64,000 nt of DNA, from positions 105,030,001-105,094,000 of the forward strand of contig NC_058368.1 of assembly GCF_018350175.1 (NCBI RefSeq), read 5' to 3'. The notes under the pieces were generated by a model. The model had not been told where the DNA came from and did no database searches. It worked only from the letters and a program-made list of their open reading frames with translations. Both the position numbers and the translations under genes were made by a program. Every line of letters begins with the position of its first letter. Position 1 is the first letter of the stretch. Shown in pieces: positions 35,884 to 50,183 of this stretch. Source of the stretch: Felis catus. Its lineage: Eukaryota.

Positions 35884-38800
35884 GTACTTGACCAACACTG
35901 TGTCTTTGATGGGCTAATTAATGCTTTTCTCTAACTTTACGATTCATGCATGAGCAATGATCACATAGATGCTTTTGGATCCAAGTTCTGAATTTAGATC
36001 TAGATGTCAGATAAAGTCTAATTAAACAGTTGCCGGGTAAAGTTAATACGAGGGGGGTGAAATGTAATGGTGCCTTTATTTTTAAAGCATGCTTAAGTTT
36101 ATGCTACTGATACTGGATAAAAGAGTAGTAAAATAGGCTCTTTTCTTTGCTAAGCTGCAGTAAATTATTCTCGAAAGCTATTTGTCCATTATAGTATTTT
36201 TTTTTCCATTCACCTAAAACGTCCAACCTCCCAAAATGTAACAGGGATGTTTTAATTTGTTCACAAAGAATCACAACTCAACAACTCATAATGATGATGC
36301 TGACCATCCCTGGTGCCCCTGCGTGGTGAGCCCTGTGCAGCTCCAGCATTCTGAGGTATCAGCAAGCACCCTTGTGCATTAGGAAACACACAAGGAAAGA
36401 GAAAGAAAACTGGGTATGACAGTAAGGTGTATTGTATGAGGTTACAAGTTCCAGTTTGCTACTGGTGCCTTTTGGTACCCCCACGTACTGACTGGGCACT
36501 CACGTGGGATTTTTCTCAGCAAGGCTGCAGCCTTGCCCTGCAGCCCCTTCAAAACTCTTCTAGCAGTTGTTACGAGGAAAATGAAGACAGGGAAGAAGTA
36601 AAGCTGAGGTTAGGGCTCAGGCTGAAGAGAAAGCTCTTGTGCTGACCCAGAGCTGGTGAGCCAGAACAACAGGGTTCACTCCCAAACCCAAGCAGACATC
36701 TGCAGGCTGACTTTGCAGTGACAGTCAGAGGGAACAGACCTCTCATTGCAGCAGTGAGGGCTGGCGACAGTTCCAAAACTGCCTGTTGACATTTGTAGCT
36801 GACCACATTCACATGTATTTAAAGTCACTGTTTTAGGGCTTTTTAGTAGCCTTGGGTCTGTTTGTTCAGTGCGTAAAATAATATCTGTCCTTAGCCATCC
36901 TGTGAATTCTGAAACATCAGTGCTATTGTACTGGATCAAGAAGTCCGTATTCAGAAAAGAAAAATATGGAGGTTGCCATACATTTATGTGAGCCAAAAAA
37001 AAAAAAAAAAAAAAAAAAAGGGAGGGGAGTTTATGTTGGTTAACATACATGAAGTACCTAGAAAGAGCCAGGAAATCTTTACCTGAATTTATTTCTCGGC
37101 TGATCACCAAGAGGGCCATGAGTTCTCTGAATTTATGGGAAATATTTTGCATCCCTGTGTGTATATCCTGGAATGCAAATTATTGTTCACTGCGTTCCTA
37201 CACAGAATTTCCACAAGATTCATAGGTAATAGCTTTTGTTTATGTAGTGATTTGACTACTTAGGTGATGAGGTGGCTTTTGTGGAGGGCTCACCGTTAGT
37301 TGTAGGGGGAGATACATAACAGGGCTGATGGGGATGTTTACACATCCAGGGTGGGTGGGTTGGGACAGAGGGTGGAGTATATCTCCAGACACTCCAGTTA
37401 TGCAAACAGCAATGCAGCTGAGGTTTTGTTTAGCTCAAAAAAGTAGAGGTGATTCTATTTAGCCTCAGTCTCAGGATATGTACCACCGTTAATCACCCAA
37501 AGGCATGCTAACATTTCAACAGTCAGTTTCAGAACTGTTGCAGAATAATGCAGCACTTTGAGGAAGTTTGTCTCTGCTGGTCATTGCAAATTCAATCTTG
37601 CCTACCCAGTCAATTCCCTTCCTGTTACAGTCTACAAATTGGTCTTGCTAGTCTGCCAGATAAATATAAATAAGGTACACAGGATGTCTTTGTAGCACAG
37701 AGCGTCCTGTCTGTTAAATGTGAACGTAAACTATACAAACCTGGGAGTGTTCTTGTTCCACAGACACGCTGTTTTTTACATCCACTTTTGGAAAACATGT
37801 CGAGTCACATAACCAGGTTTCTGGCTTAGAAGTTTTAAAAATGAGGTGCGGTGCTTATGTGGTTTAGAGGTACTTAAAAATACAGACACTATGGCTTGCC
37901 TGCACCCTGCATACCATTAGCAGCGGGGGGGACGACCGACTTTCTACTCATTCTGACATGCCGGAGAGAAACTTGTGAGTCAGCATCCTTGGGGAGATGC
38001 TTCTCCTCTGGTAACTGATTTTTATGATTTGGGCCAGTTTACTTATAATCTCCGCTCCCTGGTGTGCTTGTTTGCATAATAGAATTTAGAGATAAACCTC
38101 ATTTTGCACAAAAAAACGGCACACAGAGAAAATGCTATTCATCATCACATATTTATTGAACGCCCACTATGAGCCGGGCAGGACTCCACATGACATGCAT
38201 CCATTGTAGCTATTATCATTGCAGCCCGTTGCAGGAGAGGGGGTATGGGAACGGATCCCCACAAAAGTGAGATGGTGGGATCAAATGCTCCACAGAGCGA
38301 TGTGTCCAACGCGCTGAACTAATTCTGTGGCTGTCACTTTAAAAATAAGAAAAGAAATATATCATTGCTCTAAGGTCTATTTTCTCCAGATAAAATAATT
38401 TTCCTTACTGTTAAATGGTATCATGCGATGCTCGTGCAATGAAATGGCCAAATGAGCCGAGCTTGAGGGAGGGGCATGTTGACATTTACACTTTCCAGGT
38501 AGGACATCTGGATTCAGGATATTTTAAATGGCAGCTCTTCCCCACCCACAAGGCCAATTAACTAAGCAAGGCTTGAGCCCTGAAACAGAAGAGCACGTGC
38601 TAATTTCTCTGTTTGATGGGACCCTATCCATCAGCAATGAAACCAAGGAAAGGGTAAAAAGCCAAATAACTGCTTTTCAAATCATGAAATCCAAGACTGA
38701 TGAAGAGTCACAGTGACCCAGACTACCTGTCTGTATTCTTAGAAATCAGACCGATTGCAAACACGAAGGTCTGACGTCCCAGTCGTGCTGGATGACATGT

Positions 38801-39968
38801 GCTTTTTCACCCCTTCTTTCTATCAGCTGGCACCTCCAAGTTTGAGTTCAGTTCCTTGGATGGTAGGGGCCAGAGATTTGATTGAAACTCTGTTTAAAAA
38901 GGCAGTGACCCCGGAGCAGCAAGGGATTCCTCAAGGAGCTTGCTGTTTCCTAAGGAGACAGAGTTGAACGCCGTGGAGACTTGCCCTGTGCGAGGTGCTG
39001 CCCCAGGACGCAGGTGGGGGGCTCCAGGGGATAGAGCAGGAGGCACCCTGGCTGCCCTGGTGAAGGGAGAGAGACGCAGGCCCCACCAGGGAGGGGGTAT
39101 TTGGTGTGAACCCTGAGGGAGGGAGTGAAACCCACAGGCGCGAAGAGAGCGAGGAGGAGGGCATCAGGCAGAGAGCATCATGACTAAAAGCTCAGAGGTG
39201 GGAAACCTGGAGGAGTTCAAAGAACAGCCTGTGTTAGGTAGAGCTGCAGAGCAAACCAAGCGAGAACGGCCTCCTCAGGTGTCTGCACACTCAGTCACAC
39301 GTAAGTTTTTGCCTCTTGGTCATTTGACTCCGGACCAAATGCAATTTGAGGTTTGTTCTTCTGGAAACTTATTAGGAAAATAAATTAATGCCTTACAAAA
39401 CTTCCATTGGCAGGAGATGACCTAAATCTTGCAGTCGAGAAAACAGGGGTATCAGGTCTGTCTGTAAGGGGGTTAACGGGCAGTCAGGGTCCTTGGACAT
39501 CGGAGCCCAAAGGTTTTCCGAGGGAAGAAGGGTTGAGTTCTGAGCTGAGAGAGATGAATTTGACGCAGTGTGTCAGAAGCATGAGGAAAGAAAGACAGGC
39601 CTCTTTGCAAATTATTATAAGTAAGGCGAGCGGCTATTAGTGCCAATGGTGATGGCTAAGATGAGCTGCTCACTTGGGGCGTCGTGAGTAATGCGGGGGT
39701 TTTATACTTTGTGACCAACACAGAGTCCGGGGGTTTGACTTAAGAAAAGGAATGTGGTATATGATTTTTGAGAAGCGCTTCTTTTAATTAAGCCTTCCTT
39801 GGTCCGGTATGAAAATTAGACTTTGCTGTGTCCTGAGTACACGCAAATAGACCTGCAAAGGGGAGACAGGGGTGTGCCGTGGACGGGGATGCCTGCTAGG
39901 ATTAAAGCACCGCCGTGAGTACCGTGGTTCTTCTTGTACTTAAAACAACCGCCTTTTGTTTTTGTTAG

Positions 39969-40056
39969 CGCTTAGGATGCTTGTGTCAGAATCCTTTCAA
40001 ATAATTTACTTGCCCAGATTTCTCTATTCACCTCAGAGGAAGATTTCATTATTCAG
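39969..40056 (+). other. CTXN3: Candidate CTXN3 non-coding internal or alternative 5' exon
   Basis: Donor CAG|GTAAAA at 40056/40057. Acceptors ttttgtttttgttAG (39968) or cttAG (39975). Position fits the recalled three-exon, ~10 kb mammalian CTXN3 layout. Confidence 0.45.
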
Positions 40057-41714
40057 GTAAAAGCACCCGTGAACATTTTCTAAGGATCGTTTTTTGCCAA
40101 CAAGGGACATTTCACTCTAAGGTAGACGTTTTAAAAGATCTTGATGTCTCTGAATATTTTTTTTACTGGGGCAGTCAAGTGATTACATTTCTTTCTTTTT
40201 CTGCATCTTACCCTGTCCGCTGCTTCCTTTAACTTGGATGTGCTGTTGAGCTTTCCAAATTTGTAAATTATTGATTAGCTGATTGCGGTTTAAAATCAAG
40301 CAGGCTCGTCCAGGGATTTCAATCAGTCCCAGGCAAAGCTTGGGCAAGAGCTGGCTTTTCTTCCTGGATCTGTGTATCCCCCATATACCCTGATGAACTA
40401 TCTCCGGATCTTCTCATCTATACCCATCATCCCCCACCCTCTCCAGGACTTTCCTCCTGGGCCATCTGCCCACAGACCCTCATGTCTCCTGCCCCCAACC
40501 CCGATGGCCCCTCACTTCCGGAAAGACCCTGCACTCTCCTTTCTGTCTACCACACTTCCCCTCCTTCAAATAAAAGCAGTTTTCCTAGACAAATTCCTGT
40601 TAACGCGTTCACGTGTCATTCTCCTTGGTAAAATATTGCAATTTAATGAGAGGCTTTGACGATTTGACCAAATGAAGCTATTTTAATAGGAAGTGGGTTA
40701 TCACAGCATGGTGGGAGGGGAGAGGCTTGCAGTTTATAAAGGGCTGTGGAGTTTTCGAAATACTTTCATCTCCGTTTTCTCATCAGTTTGGTTTGTCAGC
40801 AAGGGGTTGGTGACGAAGGGGTTGGAGGATATATATTTATATTTTGGCAGGCTTGTAAAAAGCATGTGATGAGGCTATAGAGAGGGTTAACCATATCACA
40901 GCATCTGCCTTTAATCAGCAGAGGGTGGTAACACTGCAAATTAAAACTGATTTTTCGATCATTCTAAGAGTTGACTTCCCTGGGAAGAAGCCAGGCTCCA
41001 GACTCATTGACAGGGAGACGGAAAAGGGAAACGTAGCTGATAATGTGAATCAGGGTGACTAGGTGACTTGCTGGGGCTTCTTGGAATGATTACCCATCAC
41101 TGCGGCCCCCAAGTGAACGGTGGACCAGCTCGAAAATCTGAGTTCTGGAGGAAGCCTAGGAAGTATGAGCTGGGAGAAAAGAAGTTGGCATTTTGCCTTG
41201 TGTGAAGGACAAGGCTGGGGAAGACAGCTCCCGGGCATCAAGCGGACACCGGAGGTGAGAAGGGAAAGGCTGACCAAGGTATTGCTATATTAGCCCCCCA
41301 GCTTGTGTCAAGGGAGCCGTCGCAGGCTCAAATGGTTCTATGTCTAGTTCTTCACCATGTTCAATGAACTTCACAGATCCAGAAATCTTTATGTTGTGTG
41401 TATACACAGTTAATGGCCTTCACTTCTCCTGTATCTCCTTTCTGGCTTACATAATGTTTTCGTAAAGAACTTCCAGAAAAGTCATACCTACCTCAGCCGT
41501 GTTAAGAACAGACAGAGAAAACGGCTCTGGCCTCATTCGGGCTGGAGGGAAAATGGACATAGAGTGGGATTCCAGGAAGTCAGTGGAGAGGGCAGGGTCA
41601 AAGTGAGGGGGTCCTCCACAGGACACAGAGAGACCAGAGGGACCATGGCAGGGATGGCTTAGGCGCTTCTCCCTCTATCAGCATGTGACTTCCTTTTGAC
41701 CCAGGCCTTGGTAA

Positions 41715-41914
41715 TTTATTTTTAATTTTTAATTTGTATTTGTTAGAGAGCACAACCAGGGGAGGGGCAGAGGAAAAGAGAGAGAGGATTTTAAGCAGGC
41801 TCCACGCCCAGCACGGAGCCTGTTGTGGGGCTCAATTCCACGACCCTGGGATCATGAGCTGAGCCGAAATCAAGAGTCGGACCCTCAACCGACGGAGCCA
41901 CCCAGGCGCTCCCC
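41715..41914 (-). mobile_element. Can-SINE in the presumed CTXN3 intron
   Basis: Antisense body; short TSD ccttggt. Confidence 0.92.
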
Positions 41915-42635
41915 CCTTGGTGGATTTTATACTTGGTATGAATAAGTCTAGTTTGGATATTTCCTGGGAGTGCAGATGGCCCATTACTGGAAACACTAAG
42001 GATGCTGCAGAGGAGGTTCTGGCCACCCTTTCCTGCCCCCTCCCCTCACCCAATTATCTGCTGAGAATTAACACCCGACATCGGGAGGGTGCCTAAAAAC
42101 AAGCACACCAAACCAAACCCGATCCATCAACATCCTCTATATCCCCACGGAGCTTATTTTTAAGAAATGTAGTCAAATTTTATCATAATCTTACTTCAAA
42201 ATAAAAATGAATGATAAACAAATCTACCGCAACGACTCCAGCCTGAAAAATATCTAGTCATAGAGCTGCAAAAATTTTTTTTTCCTCCTAACTGGTAAGT
42301 CCTTCCTCCCAGACACTGGTTGTAAATCTCTTTATAAACTGTGCCTTAAACCGTGATTTTATAAACTTTGAAGTGTCATCATACAGGCAAACTGTTATTA
42401 TGATTACTAATGCAACAATTATAACTATAGAAATATTGTATTAGAGCTTTAGGTCATCATTTCTATTTTCATTTGGTTGCTTCTTCTAATTGAGTATCAT
42501 TTATTTTGATTCCATGTTAATTCCTATAGCTGACTACTGTGCCGTGTAATTTTTCTTATAACAGACTCATACATAGATTTAGTTCAAAATATCCAAAGTT
42601 TTTATGGCCGTTGTGGATCCTCCAACTTGCCTTTA

Positions 42636-42863
42636 TTTTTTTAAATTTTCAAACAATGTTTAATGTTTACTTACTTTTGAGAGAGAGATAGAGAGAGCAT
42701 AAGCGGGGGAAGGGGCAGAGAGAGAGGGAGACACGGAATCTGAAGCAGGCTCCAGGCTCGGGCTGTCAGCACAGAGCCCGATGCGGGACTCAAACCCATC
42801 AACCGTGGGATCATGACCTGAGCCGAAGCCAGGTGCTTAACCGACTGAGCCACCCAGGCGTGC
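42636..42863 (-). mobile_element. Can-SINE in the presumed CTXN3 intron
   Basis: Perfect 17-bp TSD cctccaacttgccttta. Confidence 0.95.
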
Positions 42864-44039
42864 CCTCCAACTTGCCTTTAAAGACAAACAGTAATATTCA
42901 TATATCTTAATTTATCCACCGGTAAAATGGAAATACCGATAACTTATCTTTTCCCTTGTCTTCCTCCTTTTCAAGTGGACTTACTTTCAAGTAGGAAGCT
43001 ACTGTAAAGCCTTTTTTTAAAAAAATACAGCCAATCAATCCCTTTTCCCTAGCTCAGTTCTCGAGGTGCTTCTCAGGGTCAAGTATTGAACCTGGTCTAT
43101 GTTTTCTGAAGAAAAAAGACAAGCAGCGGGAGCTTGACAGTCTGGGAGTCTGAGACGCCTCCTCTCTCCCTTGACCGAGGCAACAGAAAGGAAAGAAGCA
43201 ACCTGGCTCCCATAGGCAGTTCTTAAGTGAAGCGACTCTTGGTTTTGTTTGTCTTTCGTCTTTGTATACTTTCCGAAGTGTTTTCACAGACATTCATCCT
43301 CATTGTAGCACCATGAGATACACAGGCATTTCTGATTCCGTTTTTACAGCCTAGTGACTATAAGGTCCCACACTCATTTAGTAGTAGAATGGAGGCCAGA
43401 GGCTGGAGCCCAGAACTCGATACTCCCCGGGAATTTCTGTATTAAGCACCTTTTCCAGCCTCAGTTTCCTTCCACTGAGGCTCTAGAGGTCTTGGCTTTC
43501 ACGGAGCTTGTAGTAGAGTGGCTAACCTATGTTGTGTCTAGCTAGAGTCTTGGCACATAGCTGGTGTTCCATCAATGGTATCATTATAAGAATGATGTGA
43601 AAGTCATATTATTGGAGGGAGTCTGGAAGAGACTTGGCAGGGGACACTGGCTTTGGATGTCAAGTTGGCAGCACACCCCGAGGTCAACATTACCTTGCGC
43701 GTTTCTCATCTTCTGTACTCTGGTTGTCTTCCCCGCCCATCCCTCCTGGCTCCAGGTGGCTGCTCCGAGGACAATCTGGTAATTTCATGCAAGAGTAAAA
43801 TATTCTTTCCCGTAATTACACAGAATTTAGCATCTTGGCTGAAAAAGTTTAGAGATTCCTTCTCTCTGCAAAACATGACTGTGAGCGCAGAAATAAAGTT
43901 GCTCGTTGGTAGTTTATTCCCTCTCCTTTCCCTTTCTTTCTTCTTGCAGATAAATCAGCCTGTCCAAGGTGCAGTAGCCACCATGACCTCAGTAGACTGA
44001 TGATGGAAGAAAAGGAAACTGGGAGATCCTGTGCTCTAG

Positions 44040-44297
<258 letters not shown>

Positions 44298-45146
44298 CAG
44301 AGGGGGTGCTCCAGAGGAGGTGAAGTGCATCACGATTTGGCAAGGATTTCTCTGTAGCCAATATTCTAAACACACCAAGTTTCAACAACACCCGGTCGTA
44401 GGTCCACAATCCCTCCTTTATTAACCATGCCGTTGGGTTACAAAACATTTGAGGATATGGGGGGTGAAGGTTTCTAACACTCACCAAAAATAGGAAGGTT
44501 TGAATTTCTCTGTTTAATCAACGAATGAATACTTCTGAATACGTGTAGTGGTGAAAGCAAGAGCACCAGCACTGACATAAACTTGGCCATAAAATGAAGC
44601 ACTCTCCCCCCTCAACCAGAGAATAAAGAATGTAATGGCTCTGAAATGAATCTGGTCACGGGGCCACGAAGAGACTTCTTTGTTCTGAAGGTGTCTCTCA
44701 GTTTGCTTTACTATCATGGGAATCGGGTCCCTGGCAGGGAGTAAGGAAGACTGTGCTGAGTGGACCGAAGGAGGTCCCTATTCTCTCCTCCAAAGCAGGC
44801 AGCTTTGGGGAGCAAACAGCGCAAACAGTTCAGGGCAAAGAGTTCCATCCTAGAAAAGATGAGTGAGGATGAGCTCATTTTATTTCTCAAATACAACTGA
44901 AATCAAAGACTTGCGGAGGTTTGAAAACGCTTCACCAGGCCAAGTACACTCTAGGTATCTGTCTTAATAACTTGTGTGGAGGGGTCGATACATAATGCGA
45001 ATTTACTTTTTTCACCCACATGACTGAAATTCTGGGTTGCAAGGGCAGCTACGAGTCGTGTTTGTAAGCAAGAAGTTACTTGTCTAGAAGAGAAGACTTT
45101 CACAGTCTTAAGAGGAATGTGTGTTTATGACTGAATAGGGAAGCCA

Positions 45147-45152
45147 AATAAA
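45147..45152 (+). terminator. Polyadenylation signal AATAAA (likely main CTXN3 PAS)
   Basis: AATAAA about 850 nt after the stop codon, with an upstream TGTA (~45063) and a pyrimidine-rich downstream tract. Confidence 0.6.
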
Positions 45153-45651
45153 ACTTTGCAAGAAACGGTAGCATCTCCTCTCCTATTTCACCGAGACGAA
45201 TGCACTGGTGGCCACGTGTGAGACGGAATGCGGAGGACAGATAGTGTCCCGAGAGACAGAAAAAGCTGCAAGGTCATCGAGTTCAACCCTCTCGCGTTTC
45301 AGAAAGGGCTCCCACAGATCGTCCTGCCTGCGTACAACCTGTACTAAGCACTATTTAAGACCCCAAAAAAGAGAGATGAGAAAACCTCTTATTCCACCTT
45401 CTATTGTAGGAAAACCTTGTACCTAAATGAAACTCCTGAAGCTGTGTTTATAATCCATGTCTTCTAATTTTCTCCTCAGCTAGCCATCCTATTTTTTTTT
45501 TATTATTAAAAAAAGAGTTAAAAAGGCCAACCATGCCTGAAAAGGCAGCCCTTAAAAACAACTGCTTTATTGGCTCCCCCCCTTTTTTTTAACATTCTTT
45601 GAAGGACCTGCTGTGCAGATTGCCCCCCTCCCCATGTTGCCTTTGACTTAA

Positions 45652-45762
45652 AAATATTTGTTAATTCATTTTTTAAAAATAATTCCTACACCCAACGTGG
45701 GGCTTGAACTCACAATCCAATATCAAGAGTCACCTTTTCCAAATGAGCTAGCCAGGCACCCC
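45652..45762 (-). mobile_element. Short old Can-SINE
   Basis: ggggcttgaactcacaa...gagctagccaggcacccc. Confidence 0.75.
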
Positions 45763-45792
45763 TCTTGAATTAAAAAAAATAAATTAAAAAAA

Positions 45793-46395
45793 TAACAGCC
45801 TTATTGAAATATAATTCACAGGCCATAAAATTTACACTTTTAAAGTGTACAATTCAGAGGCTTTTAGATCCTTCCCAGAGTTGTGTGACCATTACCACTG
45901 TCTAACTCTGGAATTCTACACCCACTAGCAGTGACTTCCCATCCCCTTCCACCCAGCCTGTGGCAATCTTGAATCTTGATTCAATCTTGATCCACCCATT
46001 GAATCTCTATGGGTTTGCCAATTCTGGACATTTTATACAAACGGAATTATAGAATATGTGGCCTTTGGTGTGTGGCTTCTGTCACTTAGCATGTGTTCAA
46101 GGCAGGTTCATGTTGTAGCATTCCTTTGCATGGCCAAATAATATTCCCTTGTTTGGCTATACCTTGTTTTGTCGGTCCATCCGCTGTCATGGTTATCCAT
46201 TGGCTAGGCTGGAGAATGCTGCTGTGAACAACTGTATAAGGTCTTTGTATGTTTTCAAGCCTATGTTTTCAGGTCTCTTGAGTATATTCTAGGAATGGAT
46301 TTGCTGGGTCAAATGCTAACTCTATGTTTGACTTTTTGAAGAATCTGAGACTGTTTCCCAGAGGGGCTACATCATTGTACATCCCCACCAGCAAC
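45793..46395 (-). mobile_element. Ancient L1M (MB/MC-type) 3' region
   Basis: acagccttattgaaatataattcaca...aaagtgtacaattcag...catccccaccagcaa. Confidence 0.85.
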
Positions 46396-46767
46396 TTTTG
46401 ATTCTTAACTCTCTCCAACTACTTAAATTTCGTCTTTAGCTGTAGATTTTATAATTGAACACACCACTTCAAGAATGAGTCCGATTCAAAAGAGAGAACC
46501 ACCCTGTGATACCTACATGCTGGTAGTTTACTGACGCCTCCAAAGATCCTTTGCTGTTAGATCTAAAGTAGAACGCTGATGCCAATCTGTAGTCATCCCA
46601 GGGTCTACTGTGTCACCTGAATATTTTTTCTGTTTTACGAATGCATATTTCTTTAACCCACTAATTATAATGTTGTTTTTTTTAATTCAAATGTACCCAT
46701 GTCACATATGTCCCTAGCCAATTTTTTCCAGTTTAATGGGAGTCTATTTAAACCCGTTCAAGGAGCA

Positions 46768-46992
46768 GGACACCTGGGTGGCTTAGTCAGTTGAGCATTT
46801 GACTTCGTCCCAGGTCGTGATCTCGTGGTTCGTGGGTTTGAGCCCTGCATCAGGCTCTGTGGTGACAGTTCAGAGCCTGGAGCCTCCTTTGGATTTTGTG
46901 TCTCCCTCTCCCTCTCTCTCTCTGCCTCTCCCCTGCTTACGCTCTGTCTCTCTGTCTCTCTGTCAACAATAAATAAATATTAAAAAAAAAAA
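46768..46992 (+). mobile_element. Can-SINE
   Basis: Complete body and A tail. Confidence 0.93.
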
Positions 46993-49204
46993 ACACACTC
47001 CTTCAAGTATTTATTTAAGCGCCTGCTTTGAGCCTGGCATTTCTAGCACTGGAGAAACAGGAAAAGTACAGGGCAATTTCTTGCTCTTGAGTACCTGTCA
47101 GTCTTGGTGGAAACGTAAGAAATGAAAGAAGGCATGTGTCAGAATTCTCATTCAAATGACTGCTATGGACCTATGGTTCCCACACTATCAAATTCATCTG
47201 GGACTTCAAAAAATATATATGCCCCCCCACACGAATTGTTCTTATAAAAGTTGTACATGATCATGATAAAAAATGTGTAAACATCATGGAGAAATATAAA
47301 GTAAATATTCATAGTCAAAATTCTGCCTCCTTAGGTTACTCTTAACTCCAGTTTTTCCGGGGGGGAGCTTGTTGAAAATGTAGATGACTACAGCCTTCCA
47401 TCCCTAAAGTTTGATTCTATAGAACTGGTTCAGTGAACAAATACTTCAAGAAACAGAACATGGGACAGATGGATGTGGGTCAAGATAATGAGGGAAATAT
47501 CCTAGTGGGACTCAAGTGTGATGGTCCATGTTTCAATGTTGGCTGTAAAGCTTTACACAATGGGAGTGATTGTGATGAAATAAATTATATCTTGACCTAA
47601 GAGGATGGAGATGTTTTGGGCATATGCGAAGGAGGAGAGGAGGGAAAACAATAGAGTAAAGGAAGAGAGGGGCCGGTGTGGAGCTTGCAGCCAGGAGGGC
47701 AGACTGGCTGGGGAAGGTGGAAGGTGGTTGGGGGGTTGCCGGAACTTGTGTAGAAAGGATAAAGGTGGATCGGAACAGCAGGGCATCCTTAAAAGCAAAA
47801 TGCAGTGTGGGAGTCAGTGCAGATTGGTGAGAAAGAAAATGACATGAAGAGTGGCTGTCATTTCGAGTTTCCGCACCCTTCCTCAGGGCAGCATTGGGAT
47901 GGGCTTCTATAATGGGAACAGACCGAAATAGCCACCTGGCCTCTGCGGCTCTGAGCCCGGGATTGCCAGTAAGTGCCACGGGGCCTCCGCAAGCCTGCTT
48001 TTCTTCCCTTCTTCCCTTCATTGCTCACTCCACTTTTGTTTCCCCTTCTCAGATTACTGTTCCTTGTTCATCGTGCCCTCACTGGGTCTCCCCTGCTCCT
48101 CCCCTCTCTTGGTGAGAGCAAGAGTATCCTAGCAAGTGATCACAAGCTTCGGGCTATTCGGAGTAAATCGATCCCTTCCGTGAGAAGTGCTAACTCTCTG
48201 TTTTAATTACTCACAGCTCCTTGGGGTGAACAGTGTATTCTCGAAAGGTCACATAAGCCCTCTCTTTCCCAGCTTTCTGGCTTCCGGAGTCACAGTGCAG
48301 CATTTTGCCTACCTTACAAGATATTTATAACAAGTGCAGCTGCCCTCTACCTTGTATATCCGCATCCCAGGATGAACACATTACTTTCCCAAGGTCACTC
48401 TAGAGGAGAGCTACCTCTGGATTCAGAAAGATGTGGCAAACTCATTGTCCGTCTAAGCTCTGCCTGGTTAATGCCCCCAGGAGACCCCAAGTTCTAGATC
48501 AAAAGTGCTCCCTCCAAGAGACCTTTTTTAAATATCTTAAGCACCGAGTAAAGTAAGTCTAACATGGGGTGTGAAGCAGATTAACTTGACTCCTGCTGTT
48601 AAAGTAATGAACATTCCAATCCAGATCATTCTTTCACTATTTTTAAGGGTTAAAGCTGAAACAAAATAAGCAACAGTTTTAGGAGGCAGAAGTTGGAACA
48701 GATGCTTCTGTATGTAGGAAAAAATATGCATTTAAGTTCCTTTTTTATTGGCTTCATCGCACAGTGTTTTATTGAAAACCTGAAGCTTTCATATTGTAAA
48801 TGTATTGGTGAATTTGGTGAGATGTGAAAGTTTATTTGTCCACCATAAGTCATGAAAAGAAAAGGATAGTTAAGCTGTCAACTTTCAAACCTGACATGTA
48901 AAACATATTGAGACACAATTATTTTCAAAGATATTTTAGTCCCCAAACCCTGAATAAATTCTGAGATCTGATTTGTGATATTTGAAGTGTGTGTCTTGTG
49001 AGACAAATTATGCACAGGAGTGGGAGGGGGAGTCTCAATTGTTGAGGAATCTCAAAGTTGTAGAGTAGAGCCCTTATCTCCAAAGTGCTCAAATCAGTAA
49101 ATGTGTAGCTGTTATCTGGGATCAAACTAATCCATGCCGGAAAAAGTCATTTGCTTGTTGTGAGGTATAAAAGAAGGACACTGTAAACTCTGTATCTCTT
49201 GTTT

Positions 49205-49416
49205 TTTTGTTTTTTGATGTTTATTCATTTTTGAGAGACAGAGACAGAGTGCAAGTGGGGGAGGGGCAGAGAGAGAGGGAGACACAGAATCCGAAGCAGG
49301 CTCCAGGCTCCGAGCTGTCAGCCCAGAGCCCGACGCGGGGCTCGAACTCACAAACCGCGAGATCATGACCTGAGCTGAAGTCAGAAGCCCAACCGAATGA
49401 ACCACCCAGGCGTCCC
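49205..49416 (-). mobile_element. Can-SINE
   Basis: TSD ctgtatctcttgttt. Confidence 0.95.
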
Positions 49417-50183
49417 TGTATCTCTTGTTTCTTAAAAGACTCAACAAATTATTTCCAGACAGAAGTCTATCTCTTCAGAAGCGAGGCTTCCCCAGCCTAC
49501 CATGTGCTCTAGCCTGAGGAGCCAGGGTCCAACACTTCAGCCAGTCTGCGGCCTTTTCCAAGGTCAGTTTTTAGAATAGCATTCCAGGCTGATTTAGCAA
49601 AGAATGGAAATTTGTTTCCAGTTTCCTGCCATAAACCACACCCAGGTCTTGTCACAAAGCAACACAGGACTCTACTCTACCCCTCCATTCCATGGCCTTT
49701 CCCCATATCCTGACTGATGTTACTATGCTTTAGGGTAGGAGAGATTCTCTTTAAACCATCTTTCAAAGGAGATTTCCGCCCTCATTTTTTTCCCAAGCCC
49801 TATTACCATCCCTAAGAGCTCCAAATTTATGCCAGCTTTTAAGAAAATGGCTCTTCCTGGATTCTTTGGAGTCTGAAAAGCTGGAAAGAAACACGGCTGC
49901 TGTCTATTTCAACACCTCACTTTCCACGTAAAGAAAGAGAGAAGCAAACAGGTCAAATCACATACTCCGTCATCCCTGCCCGCTGGCTACAGCTGTATAC
50001 CACCTTACATAAGTGGTGTGAGAAGGAATTCAAACAGAATGAATGGGCAGGTGATAAATCCACAAAGAAAAAACACATCCATTTGCTAACTGTCATGATG
50101 GTGATTCTTAAATAATCTCACTCTCCTTTTCTCTCCCCCCTTTTTCTCTCTAGAGACGGGAAACAAATGTTTCATTTCTTTAC

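Noticed and set aside
36676..37152. 158-aa - strand ORF antisense to the CTXN3 intron
   Set aside because: Reads through a poly(A) run (poly-Phe); no homology evident.
47533..48021. 162-aa - strand ORF
   Set aside because: Runs antisense through a purine-rich tract; no recognisable family.
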